Positions 40,535 through 49,779 of a stretch of DNA of 64,000 nt are shown here, in pieces. This DNA is from Comamonadaceae bacterium. Its GTDB lineage: Bacteria > Pseudomonadota > Gammaproteobacteria > Burkholderiales > Burkholderiaceae_C. The stretch's first letter is position 1. Every line of letters starts with the position of its first letter. Made by a program: the position numbers and the translations under genes. The stretch spans positions 2,471 through 66,470 of the forward strand of contig JAYQPP010000015.1 of assembly GCA_038145425.1 (NCBI GenBank). The letters run 5' to 3'. The notes beneath the pieces are model-generated. The model had not been told where the DNA came from, ran no database searches, and was given only the letters and a program-made list of their open reading frames with translations.

Positions 40535-42634
40535 ATGAACACGCCTCGCCAGACCGAAGCCAGCGTGGCATTGATCAAGCTCGACAACCCGCCAGTCAAT
40601 GGCATGGGCTTTGAGACCCGGCTTGCGACCTGGCAAGCCCTCGAGCGCGCCGAGGCGGACCCTCAGGTGGCAGCCATCGTTTTGTTTGGTGCAGGTGCCT
40701 TGTTTTCTGCGGGAGCTGACATCCGTGAATTTGGCAGCCCCAAGGCCTACCGCGAACCGAATTTGCTGAGCCTCATTGCGCGTATCGAAAGTTGTGCCAA
40801 GCCCGTGATCGCAGCCTTGCACGGAACCTGCATCGGCGGTGGCCTGGAACTTGCCATGGGTTGCCATTACCGCATAGCCGCACCCGGATGCCAGATGGGT
40901 CTGCCTGAGGTCAAACTCGGCCTGATCCCTGGCGCGGGCGGCACGCAACGCCTGCCCCGCGCGCTCGGTGTGGAACCAGCATTGAACATGATCGTCAGTG
41001 GCGAGTTCATGAAGAGCGAGACTTTGGTGCGCTTGCCCGGTCAGGCCCTGATCGACCGGCTTTCCCAGAGCGAGTCGACGCTGCTGGAAGACGCGCAGGC
41101 TTTTGCCCGCGAGGTCGCCGCGCACCGGCCGCTGCCGCGTTTGCGTGAGCGCGCCTGCTCACACCCCCAGGGCGACGGCTTTTTTGGCTTTGCGCGCAAC
41201 AGCATCAAGGCGGCCATGCCGAATTACCCCGCTGCACTGGAATGCCTGAACGCGGTGCAGGCGGCCACGCGGATGTCCTTCGAAAAAGGCATGACGCTTG
41301 AGCGTGAGACTTTTTTGCGCTTGATGGACAGTGCTGAGAGCAAGAGCCTGCGTCACCTTTTTCTGGCCGAGCGCAACAGTGCCAAAGTGCCCGGGGTGAG
41401 CGCCGACGCGCGCCTGCGCGAGGTGCGATCCGTGGCGGTCATCGGCGCGGGCACCATGGGTAGCGGCATTGCGATCAATTTCTTGAACGCGGGCATGCCC
41501 GTGACCCTGATCGACTCCACGGCCCAGGGTCTGGAGCGTGGTGTGAAAGCAATAGAGGGCATTTACCAGGCGCAGGTAAAAAAAGGAAAGCTGCGCGAGG
41601 AACAAGCCGCCCAGCGTGTAGGCCTGCTCAAGGCGACGCTCGACCAGTCGGACCTGGCCACGGCCGACCTGGTGATTGAGGCGGTGTTTGAGGATATGGC
41701 TGTCAAGAAAACTGTGTTTGGCGCGCTCGACAAGCTGGCCAAGCCCGGCGCGATTTTGGCGAGCAACACGTCGACGCTAGACCTTAACGAATTAGCGGCC
41801 TCCACCAGTCGTGCTAGCGATGTGGTTGGTCTGCATTTTTTCAGCCCGGCCAATGTGATGCGCCTTCTCGAGGTGGTGCGCGGTGATAAGACCGCACCCG
41901 ATGTATTGGCCACCGTGATGAAGCTGGGCAAGCAGATCAAGAAAACACCAGTGGTGTCAGGTGTTTGTGATGGCTTTATTGGCAACCGGATGCTGGAGCA
42001 ATATGTGCGGCAGGCTGGTTTTTTGCTCGAGGAGGGCTGCAGCCCACGCCAGGTGGATCAGGCCATCGAGCGTTTTGGCTTTGCCATGGGACCGTTTCGC
42101 ATGAGCGATCTGGCAGGCAACGACATCGGCTGGGCGATACGCAAGCGGCGTTACGTGGAAAAGCCCGAGGTGCGCTACAGCCCGATTGCCGATCGTTTGT
42201 GCGAATTGGGGCGCTTTGGGCAAAAAACCTCGGCTGGCTGGTACGACTACCGTCCAGGCCAGCGCGAGGCGCAGGCGAGCGCGGTGGTGGCCAAACTGAT
42301 CGACGACTACCGCGCCGAGCACAGCATTCAGGCACGCGCTGTGAGCGAGGACGAGATCGTGCAGCGTCTGGTTTTCGCGCTGGTTAACGAGGGTGCTCAT
42401 GTGCTTGAAGAGGGCATTGCAGCACGTGCTGGCGATATTGATGTGGTCTATCTCATGGGCTACGGTTTTCCGGCCTGGCGCGGTGGCCCGATGCACTATG
42501 CCAACGAGTGGGGACTCGATCGGCTGGTGCACCTGATGAAAGAGTTTGCCGCCAACCCGATGGATGACGGTGTTTTTTGGCAACCAGCCCCCTTGCTCAG
42601 CCGTCTGGCAGCGCAGGGCGGTGTGTTTTCTTAA
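40535..42634 (+). CDS. Enoyl-CoA hydratase / 3-hydroxyacyl-CoA dehydrogenase bifunctional protein (FadB/PimF-like)
   Basis: [63 protein letters not shown] and GFIGNR. Confidence 0.93.
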   Translation: MNTPRQTEASVALIKLDNPPVNGMGFETRLATWQALERAEADPQVAAIVLFGAGALFSAGADIREFGSPKAYREPNLLSLIARIESCAKPVIAALHGTCIGGGLELAMGCHYRIAAPGCQMGLPEVKLGLIPGAGGTQRLPRALGVEPALNMIVSGEFMKSETLVRLPGQALIDRLSQSESTLLEDAQAFAREVAAHRPLPRLRERACSHPQGDGFFGFARNSIKAAMPNYPAALECLNAVQAATRMSFEKGMTLERETFLRLMDSAESKSLRHLFLAERNSAKVPGVSADARLREVRSVAVIGAGTMGSGIAINFLNAGMPVTLIDSTAQGLERGVKAIEGIYQAQVKKGKLREEQAAQRVGLLKATLDQSDLATADLVIEAVFEDMAVKKTVFGALDKLAKPGAILASNTSTLDLNELAASTSRASDVVGLHFFSPANVMRLLEVVRGDKTAPDVLATVMKLGKQIKKTPVVSGVCDGFIGNRMLEQYVRQAGFLLEEGCSPRQVDQAIERFGFAMGPFRMSDLAGNDIGWAIRKRRYVEKPEVRYSPIADRLCELGRFGQKTSAGWYDYRPGQREAQASAVVAKLIDDYRAEHSIQARAVSEDEIVQRLVFALVNEGAHVLEEGIAARAGDIDVVYLMGYGFPAWRGGPMHYANEWGLDRLVHLMKEFAANPMDDGVFWQPAPLLSRLAAQGGVFS

Positions 42635-42645
42635 GAGGTGGCACG

Positions 42646-43824
42646 ATGACGCAAGCGGTGATCGTTTCAACAGCGAGAACGCCATTGGCCAAAAGCTGGC
42701 GTGGTGCTTTCAACATGACGCACGGCGCCACCCTTGGTGGTCATGCGGTGGCGCAGGCGATCGCCCGCGCGGGCCTGGCGCCTGGCGAGGTCGAGGATGT
42801 GATCATGGGCTGCGCCTTGCCAGAGGGCGCGACAGGCTGGAATATTGCGCGCCAGATTGCGCTGCGCGCGCAGTGTCCGGTCAGTGTGCCGGGCATGACG
42901 ATCAATCGGTTTTGTTCCTCCGGCTTGCAGTCGATCGTGCTGGCAGCACAACGCGTGATCGCAGGCGAGGGCGAGATCTATGTCGCCGGCGGCGTCGAGA
43001 GCATCTCCTGCGTGCAGCAGGAATCCAATCAGCACTTTCTTGAAGAGCCCTGGCTGCAGCGAGAGAAGCCCGAGATCTACTGGAGCATGCTTCAAACCGC
43101 AGAGCAGGTGGGCAAACGCTATGGCATTGGCAAGGATGCCATGGATGCCTACGGCGCCCAGAGCCAGCAACGGGCTGCAGCGGCCCTTGCGCAAGGCCTG
43201 TTCAAGGAAGAGATTGCGCCCATCACCGTGGTGCGCGGGGTCGCGGATCCGAAAACAGGTATGCGCAGCGTGGAGCAAAGCATCGCTGATGACGAGGGCA
43301 TTCGCGGCGACACAACCGCCGAGTCGATTCGCCATTTACGCTCAGCGCTGCCTGGTGGTCTCATTACGGCAGGCAATGCCAGCCAGTTTTCCGACGGTGC
43401 CGGTGCCGTGGTGGTGATGGACGAGCAAGTGGCCGAGCGCCGGGGATTGAAGCCTTTGGGCCGATTCCTCGGTTTTGCGGTGGCGGGCTGTGAGCCTGAC
43501 GAGATGGGCATTGGCCCGGTGTTTGCCGTGACCAAGGCCCTTGAACGTTTAGGCTTGCAGATGGATGACATTGACCTGTGGGAACTTAACGAGGCCTTCG
43601 CGGTACAGGTGATTTATTGCCGTGATCGCCTGGGCATGGATCCGCAGCGGCTCAATGTCAACGGCGGTGCGATTGCGCTGGGGCATCCCTATGGCATGTC
43701 GGGCCAGCGGCTCACGGGGCACGCCCTGATGGAGGGACGTCGACGTGGCGCCAAGCGCGTTGGTGTGACCATGTGTATCGGCGGCGGCATGGGTGCTTGT
43801 GGCATCTTTGAGGTACTCCGTTGA
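42646..43824 (+). CDS. Acetyl-CoA C-acyltransferase (thiolase)
   Basis: [39 protein letters not shown] and TMCIGGGMG. Confidence 0.95.
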   Translation: MTQAVIVSTARTPLAKSWRGAFNMTHGATLGGHAVAQAIARAGLAPGEVEDVIMGCALPEGATGWNIARQIALRAQCPVSVPGMTINRFCSSGLQSIVLAAQRVIAGEGEIYVAGGVESISCVQQESNQHFLEEPWLQREKPEIYWSMLQTAEQVGKRYGIGKDAMDAYGAQSQQRAAAALAQGLFKEEIAPITVVRGVADPKTGMRSVEQSIADDEGIRGDTTAESIRHLRSALPGGLITAGNASQFSDGAGAVVVMDEQVAERRGLKPLGRFLGFAVAGCEPDEMGIGPVFAVTKALERLGLQMDDIDLWELNEAFAVQVIYCRDRLGMDPQRLNVNGGAIALGHPYGMSGQRLTGHALMEGRRRGAKRVGVTMCIGGGMGACGIFEVLR

Positions 43825-43870
43825 AGGCCGCGCTGAGCAGGATGTTTGCGGCGATCAGGCAGGTCCGGCG

Positions 43871-44659
43871 ATGACCCGCAGCGTACAGGAGTTGTTGAGC
43901 CTGCAAGGGCGCAACGCCCTGATCTCGGGCGGGTCGCGCGGTCTGGGTTTGCAGTTGGCGCAGGCTCTCGGTGAGGCTGGTGCCCGGGTGATGCTGTGCG
44001 CGCGCAAAAGCGAGGAACTGGAGCTGGCCTGTGGCCGACTGCAAGACCAGGGTCTGGATGCCCGGTGGGTCGCGGCGGACTGCGCCAGCCCTGAAGGCAT
44101 CGAGCATGTGGTGAGCGAGACGCTGCAGCGCATGGGTGACATTGACATTCTGGTGAACAATGCCGGCGCAACCTGGGGCGCTGCGGCCCAGGACCATCCG
44201 ATCGAAGCCTGGGACAAGGTGATGAACCTGAATGTGCGCGGCTACTTCCTGATGTGTCAGCAGGTCGCAAGACGCAGCATGATTGCCCGCGGTCGGGGTC
44301 GCATCATCAACATGGCGTCGATTGCCGGGCTGGGTGGCGTTGCCGACATGAACACAATTGCGTACAGCACATCCAAGGGCGCTGTGATCAATTTCACCCG
44401 CGCGCTGGCGGTGGAGTGGGGCGTTCACGGGATCACGGTGAACGCGATCTGCCCGGGTTTTTTTCCCAGCAAGATGACAGCAGGCACCCTCAAGGCGCTT
44501 GGGCCTGATCGGCTGGCGGCCAGCGCGCCCTTGAAGCGGCTCGGTGATGATGAAGACCTCAAAGGTTTGTGCGTGCTGCTGGCCAGCGATGCGGCGAAGC
44601 ACATCACGGGGCAGTGGGTGGCAGTCGACGGTGGCGTCAGCGCCCAGGTCGTGGGTTAA
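43871..44659 (+). CDS. SDR family oxidoreductase
   Basis: ISGGSRGLG, LVNNAGATWG, YSTSKGA and ICPGFFPSKM. Confidence 0.9.
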   Translation: MTRSVQELLSLQGRNALISGGSRGLGLQLAQALGEAGARVMLCARKSEELELACGRLQDQGLDARWVAADCASPEGIEHVVSETLQRMGDIDILVNNAGATWGAAAQDHPIEAWDKVMNLNVRGYFLMCQQVARRSMIARGRGRIINMASIAGLGGVADMNTIAYSTSKGAVINFTRALAVEWGVHGITVNAICPGFFPSKMTAGTLKALGPDRLAASAPLKRLGDDEDLKGLCVLLASDAAKHITGQWVAVDGGVSAQVVG

Positions 44660-44685
44660 GAAACAAAACAATCAGGAATTGGTCG

Positions 44686-45105
44686 ATGGAATTCCCCGTG
44701 CATGTGCCCTTTGTCGAGCATCTGGGCTTTGAGTTGGTGTCGGTTGACGCTGCCCGTAGCGAGTTGCATTTCGAGCCGCAGGGCGAACATCTCAATTCGC
44801 ATGGCATGGTGCACGGCGGTGTGTTGATGACGCTGCTCGATGTGACCATGGCCATGGCCGCACGCGCGGGTCGTTCAGACGTGGGGGTGGTGACGATCGA
44901 GATGAAGACCACCTTCATGCTGCCAGCCAGCGGGGTCTTGAGTGCGCGTGGCTTGGTGAAAGTCAAGACAGGTCAGATGGCTTTTATGGAAGCCACGGTG
45001 TTTGATAGCCGGCAACGCAGCTGCGCGCATGCCACAGGCACGTTTAAATTCGTTCATCCGGGACAGGCCAAGGGTCGTGAGGCGACGCCGATCGTGACCG
45101 ATTAG
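44686..45105 (+). CDS. PaaI family thioesterase
   Basis: NSHGMVHGGVLMTLLDVTMA hotdog motif and VTIEMKTTF. Confidence 0.9.
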   Translation: MEFPVHVPFVEHLGFELVSVDAARSELHFEPQGEHLNSHGMVHGGVLMTLLDVTMAMAARAGRSDVGVVTIEMKTTFMLPASGVLSARGLVKVKTGQMAFMEATVFDSRQRSCAHATGTFKFVHPGQAKGREATPIVTD

Positions 45106-45137
45106 CGGTTATCCTGATGCGTTTAATGGAGACTGTG

Positions 45138-46151
45138 ATGTCAGATAACGCGCTCATCGTGCTCAAGAGTCGCCCCGTCGGGCCGGCCACGCTGGATAAC
45201 TTTGAACTCAGGCGCGCGCCGCTCACCGCACTGGATGCTGGTCAGGTTCGCGTCCGCCACCAATTCCTCAGCCTGGATCCTTACATGCGCGGGCGCATGA
45301 ACGAGGGCAAGAGCTATGCCGCCTCGCAGGTGCTTGGCGAGGTCATGATTGGTGGCACGGTGGGTGAGGTGGTGGAGTCCCGACACCCGGCTTTCACTGT
45401 GGGCGACGCGGTCGTTGGTATGGGTGGCTGGCAGCTTTACAGCGTGGTCAATGCGGATCAGCCGGGTGCTTTGCGAAAGCTCGACACCCGGCAGATTCCG
45501 ATCAGCGCCTACCTCGGTGCGGTGGGCATGCCCGGTGTCACCGCCTGGTGGGGGTTGGTTCGTATTCTTGAACCCAAGGCGGGCGAGACCGTGGTGGTCA
45601 GTGCCGCTGCGGGTGCCGTTGGCAGCGCCGTGGGTGCACTCGCGCGAGCGCGTGGCTGCCGTGTGGTCGGTATTGCCGGTGGGCCTGACAAATGCGCCTA
45701 TGTCAGGGACGAACTGGGCTTTGATGACTGCGTGGACTACAAAGCGCATCCTGCGCTGGCTGATTTGTCCCAAGCCTTGAAGGCGGCCTGCCCCACGGGT
45801 ATTGATGGCTACTTTGAAAATGTGGGCGGCCTCGTCACCGATGCCGTGATGCGGCGCATGAATGCTTTCGGGCGCATGGCGGTCTGCGGCATGATTTCCC
45901 GATATGACGGTGTGCCGCACAGCATGGCTGATCCTTCCTTGATCCTGATCAGTCGTTTGAAACTCCAAGGGTTTATCGTGAGCGAGCATCTGCAGGACTG
46001 GCCCGAGGCGCTGCGCGAGTTGTCCGGCTTGTACATCAGCGGCAAGTTGCGGCCGCGCGAGTCGGTTGCCAACGGTCTGGAAGCAGCACCAGAGGCGTTT
46101 TTAGGCTTGTTGAAGGGCCGGAATTTCGGCAAGCAGTTGGTGCGCTTGTAA
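45138..46151 (+). CDS. NADP-dependent oxidoreductase (CurA/LTB4DH-like MDR)
   Basis: LSLDPYMRGRM, GMPGVTAW, SAAAGAVGS, GIAGGPDK, YFENVGG and GRNFGK. ORF is open from 45117. Confidence 0.9.
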   Translation: MSDNALIVLKSRPVGPATLDNFELRRAPLTALDAGQVRVRHQFLSLDPYMRGRMNEGKSYAASQVLGEVMIGGTVGEVVESRHPAFTVGDAVVGMGGWQLYSVVNADQPGALRKLDTRQIPISAYLGAVGMPGVTAWWGLVRILEPKAGETVVVSAAAGAVGSAVGALARARGCRVVGIAGGPDKCAYVRDELGFDDCVDYKAHPALADLSQALKAACPTGIDGYFENVGGLVTDAVMRRMNAFGRMAVCGMISRYDGVPHSMADPSLILISRLKLQGFIVSEHLQDWPEALRELSGLYISGKLRPRESVANGLEAAPEAFLGLLKGRNFGKQLVRL

Positions 46152-46212
46152 GCCGTCGGTCCTTGTCGCGCGGAAAAATGGGTACAGCTGCATTGGACTT
46201 GAGGAGGTTCTG

Positions 46213-46758
46213 ATGTCGTTTCATTTGTGGTCTTTCGGCCAGCACGCGGCCTCGAGCAGCGATGAGATGCTTTGGCGTCTGATGGCGTTCAATGACATGC
46301 GGGTGGCTGAGTTGTACGAGGTTTTGCGCTTGCGCAGCGAAGTCTTTGTACTGGAGCAAAAGTGCCTGTACCAGGACATGGACGGTGCCGATCCGCAGGC
46401 CATGCATGTGCTGGGTGTGCGCCAGGGTGAGTTGCTGGCGTATGCGCGCTGTTTCGCACCTGGCGTCAAGTTTGCGGAAGCGACCATTGGGCGCGTGCTG
46501 ACGCGACCGAGTGCGCGCGGCACCGGACTGGGCCATGAACTCATGGAGCAGGCGATCCGCGCGGTGAGTCAGGTCTGGGGCCCGCAGCCGATCCGTATCG
46601 GCGCACAAAGCCAACTGATTAGCTACTACGCACAGCATGGCTTCAAGGTGGCAAGCGGTCCTTACGACGAGGATGGTATCGAGCACGTCGAAATGTTGTT
46701 ACCCAATAGCCATGAATGGCATCAGCGACCCAGCGCTGCCTTATCTGCGAAGGCTTGA
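46213..46758 (+). CDS. elaA: GNAT family acetyltransferase (ElaA-like)
   Basis: LYEVLRLRSEVFVLEQ, YQDMDG, IGRV, RGTGLGHELM, IGAQ and EDGIEH. GAGGAGG RBS. Confidence 0.85.
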   Translation: MSFHLWSFGQHAASSSDEMLWRLMAFNDMRVAELYEVLRLRSEVFVLEQKCLYQDMDGADPQAMHVLGVRQGELLAYARCFAPGVKFAEATIGRVLTRPSARGTGLGHELMEQAIRAVSQVWGPQPIRIGAQSQLISYYAQHGFKVASGPYDEDGIEHVEMLLPNSHEWHQRPSAALSAKA

Positions 46759-46794
46759 GATGCAACAGCTAGTCGTTGCGTACAAGGACGAGCG

Positions 46795-47703
46795 ATGACG
46801 CACCCGTATGTCGGTAAAACCGCTGTGATCACCGGGGCGGCTTCAGGCCTGGGTTTGGCGCTGGCACGCCACGCTGCGCAGCTGCGCATGAAGCTGGTAC
46901 TGGCTGATCTTGAGTCGGCGGCTCTTGCGCGCTGCGAGCAGGAGTTGCGGCAAACAGGGGTGGAGGTGCTGGCAGCCCGCGTGGATGTTGCACAAGACGA
47001 ACAGGTCAAAGCTCTGGCGGATCAGACCCGCGAACGCTTTGGGGCGCCGCACCTGGTCTTTAACAATGCGGGGGTGGCTACGGGTGGTTTGCTCTGGGAG
47101 GCGAGCGAGCTGGACTGGCAATGGGTGCTGGGTGTGAACCTGATGGGCGTGGTGCATGGTGTGCGTCGGTTCACGCCCATGATGCTTCAGGCTGCCAAAG
47201 AGGACCCAGCTTACGCTGGCTGCATCGTCAACACGGCGAGCATGGCAGGTCTGGTCTGTGTGCCCAATATGGGTGTTTACAACGTCAGCAAACATGCGGT
47301 GGTCGCATTAACCGAAACCCTTTGCCATGACCTGGCCCTGGTCACACAGCAGGTTCACGCTGCCGTCGTGTGTCCCTACTTCGTGCCCACGGCAATTGGC
47401 CAGAGTGAACGTAACCGCACCGGCCAGTCAAAGCCTGGCGATGAGGCCTTAAGCGCCAGCCAGCGGGTCAGTCGTGACATGATGGACAAGGCGGTGCGCT
47501 CTGGCAAGGTGAGTGCCGAGCAAGTGGCTTCATTGGTTTTTGATGCGATCGCGCGCAAGCGTTTTTACGTCTTCAGCCATCCGCAGGCCATGCAGGGCGT
47601 GTCGCAGCGCTTTGAGGATGTTCTTGCGGCGCGCAATCCCACTGATCCCTATGCGCATGCGCCACAGCTTTCGGAGTTGTTACGTCGCGCAGTGGCCAGC
47701 TGA
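46795..47703 (+). CDS. SDR family oxidoreductase
   Basis: ITGAASGLG, FNNAGV, VNTASMAG, YNVSKHAVV and CPYFVPT. Confidence 0.9.
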   Translation: MTHPYVGKTAVITGAASGLGLALARHAAQLRMKLVLADLESAALARCEQELRQTGVEVLAARVDVAQDEQVKALADQTRERFGAPHLVFNNAGVATGGLLWEASELDWQWVLGVNLMGVVHGVRRFTPMMLQAAKEDPAYAGCIVNTASMAGLVCVPNMGVYNVSKHAVVALTETLCHDLALVTQQVHAAVVCPYFVPTAIGQSERNRTGQSKPGDEALSASQRVSRDMMDKAVRSGKVSAEQVASLVFDAIARKRFYVFSHPQAMQGVSQRFEDVLAARNPTDPYAHAPQLSELLRRAVAS

Positions 47704-47713
47704 AGCACCTGTG

Positions 47714-47758
47714 CGATTGCGCACAAGTCTTCTTGGCTTGTGCGCGCTGGCGCAATCG
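47714..47758. terminator. Imperfect inverted repeat after the SDR gene, possible terminator or attenuator
   Basis: GCGCACAAGTC-TTCTT-GGCTTGTGCGC 11-bp stem, plus an alternative outer pair CGATTGCGC/GCGCAATCG. No U-tract. Confidence 0.4.
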
Positions 47759-47859
47759 GCTGTGGTGAGGCGATTGCAAGCGTCAATTTTCGATCGGCGA
47801 CAATGCGCGGCGCTGGTGTGCAGGTCTGTCGTGATGGGGCGTTGGCGCCAGAGTTTTTT

Positions 47860-48684
47860 ATGCAACTGTCGGATTTATTGACGCTTCCATTTGGGCCACC
47901 GAGCCTGCCGAGGGCCGAGGTGTTGTTGATGGCTGAGCTCGATGCCAGCGAGCCTGATTTGCGTCGCGTGGACCAGTTGCTCTCCAGCGATCCGGCGCTG
48001 ACTTTCCTGGTTTTGCGCCGTGCCAACACCGCGTCGCTGGGTCTGAGCGCCCGGGTTCACAGCGTCAGTGAGGCGCTCGGTTTCTTAAGCCTTCAAGCTG
48101 TGCGCGAACTGGTCAACAGCAATGCGCAGGCCATGGCTGCGTTTGGCAAGGTGCCGGGTGTGCCGATGGAGCAGTTTTGGCAATACAGCGTGGACTGCGC
48201 CAAACTGGCCCGTTCGCTGTCCGCGTTTATGCAGCTCAATCAACAAGCCGCTTACACCGCCGGCCTGCTGCACGGGCTGGGCATGCTGTTGATGCGCAAG
48301 AGCATGCCGCAGGTCTTGGCGCTTGACGCTCAGTTGCCGCCCATGGGTTTGATGCGCGCGCGTCTGGAGCGACACAGCCTGGGTTTTTGTTTCTCGCAGG
48401 TGAGCGCGCAGCTCGCACGCATGGCCTCGTTTCCCAGTGTGGTGGTTGATGCCATGCACTACCAGCACGAACCCTTTGACAATGACGCGTACGAGCCCTT
48501 GGCCGGTGTGCTGAATTTGGCCGTCTGGCGGGCTCGCACACTTCAGGCCGGTCTCAAAGGTAATCACCTCACCGTGACATTTCCGTCTGAGGTGGCTGAC
48601 GTGTTGGGGCTCGATATTGACATGGTGCTGCAGCAGGATCCGATCGACTGGTCCGCCCAGAACACGGGTTTTGGAAGCCTATAG
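47860..48684 (+). CDS. Stand-alone HDOD domain protein
   Basis: PPSLPR, SDPALT..VLRRANT, SVSEALGFL, FWQYS and AYTAGLLHGLG. Confidence 0.88.
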   Translation: MQLSDLLTLPFGPPSLPRAEVLLMAELDASEPDLRRVDQLLSSDPALTFLVLRRANTASLGLSARVHSVSEALGFLSLQAVRELVNSNAQAMAAFGKVPGVPMEQFWQYSVDCAKLARSLSAFMQLNQQAAYTAGLLHGLGMLLMRKSMPQVLALDAQLPPMGLMRARLERHSLGFCFSQVSAQLARMASFPSVVVDAMHYQHEPFDNDAYEPLAGVLNLAVWRARTLQAGLKGNHLTVTFPSEVADVLGLDIDMVLQQDPIDWSAQNTGFGSL

Positions 48685-48690
48685 CCGGCG

Positions 48691-49767
48691 ATGAAAGCCC
48701 TGGCCATTTATGCAGGCCGCAAGGCTTTCAAGCATCTTCGAGACAATGGTCTGAGCAGTGCCGATGTGCGCGTCGTTGCCGGCGCAGCCGGCGGCCCCAA
48801 AGCGCTGATTCTGGGTCCGTTGGACCGGTTTTTGTTCGGGCACTGGTTGGCGCAAAGCAGTGAGCCAGTCGATTTGATCGGCGGATCCATCGGGGCTTGT
48901 CGCATGGCAGCGGCTTGCATGCATGACCCTGTGCGGGCTTTTCAACGCTTTGAGCAAGGCTACATCGACCAGGACTACCCCGTATTGCCTGGTGAGCGCA
49001 GACCGCCAGCGGCGCGGGTGAGTGCGCTCTTCAACAAAACCTTGCGAGGCTTTTACGGCGAGGCGCTGCCCGATGTGCTGCAGCATCCAAAGTACCGGCT
49101 CCATGTCATCACCTCTCGCGGCAAAGGCTTGCTGTCTCAGCTACAGACCTGGCCTGCCTGGCTTGGTTTTTTGCAGGCCTATGCGCGTAATCTGCGCAGC
49201 CGCCCGACCCTGGGACGCAGTTTGGAGCGCGTGGTTTTCTCAAGCCCGCTCAATGGCCGGGCTGCGCCACTACCGTTTGATCATCAAGACTTTCCAACTG
49301 TTCAGGTCACGCTCACCCAGGACAACTGCTTGCCGGCACTGCAGGCAAGTTGCTCGATTCCCTTTGTGCTCGAGCCGGTGCAAGGCATAGCTGGCGCACC
49401 GGCGGGCTGGTATTGGGACGGTGGTCTGGTGGACTATCACCTGCACCTGAACTACCAGAAACTGGTGCTCTATCCCCATTTTCAGCCCGCGGTCGTGCCA
49501 GGCTGGCTGGACAAGCACCTGAAGCGACGGCACCACGCGAGTCCTTTTCTCGATTGGATGGTGTTGCTTGCGCCGCAGGCGACGTGGGTGTCGGGTCTGC
49601 CCAATGGCAAATTGCCGGACCGCACTGATTTCACGCATTACGCCCGCGATGTGAGGGCGCGCCAGACGGCCTGGCGTGGCGCGGTCTCGGCCAGCCAGCA
49701 ACTCGCCGATGAATGGGCACAATGGCTTGAACGCCCCAAAATCGGGCAGCTGGTAGCCCTGACTTAG
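48691..49767 (+). CDS. Patatin-like phospholipase family protein
   Basis: GAAGGPK glycine loop, GGSIGA (GxSxG), ASCSIPF and WDGGLVDYH. Confidence 0.85.
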   Translation: MKALAIYAGRKAFKHLRDNGLSSADVRVVAGAAGGPKALILGPLDRFLFGHWLAQSSEPVDLIGGSIGACRMAAACMHDPVRAFQRFEQGYIDQDYPVLPGERRPPAARVSALFNKTLRGFYGEALPDVLQHPKYRLHVITSRGKGLLSQLQTWPAWLGFLQAYARNLRSRPTLGRSLERVVFSSPLNGRAAPLPFDHQDFPTVQVTLTQDNCLPALQASCSIPFVLEPVQGIAGAPAGWYWDGGLVDYHLHLNYQKLVLYPHFQPAVVPGWLDKHLKRRHHASPFLDWMVLLAPQATWVSGLPNGKLPDRTDFTHYARDVRARQTAWRGAVSASQQLADEWAQWLERPKIGQLVALT

Positions 49768-49779
49768 ACCGAGACCATC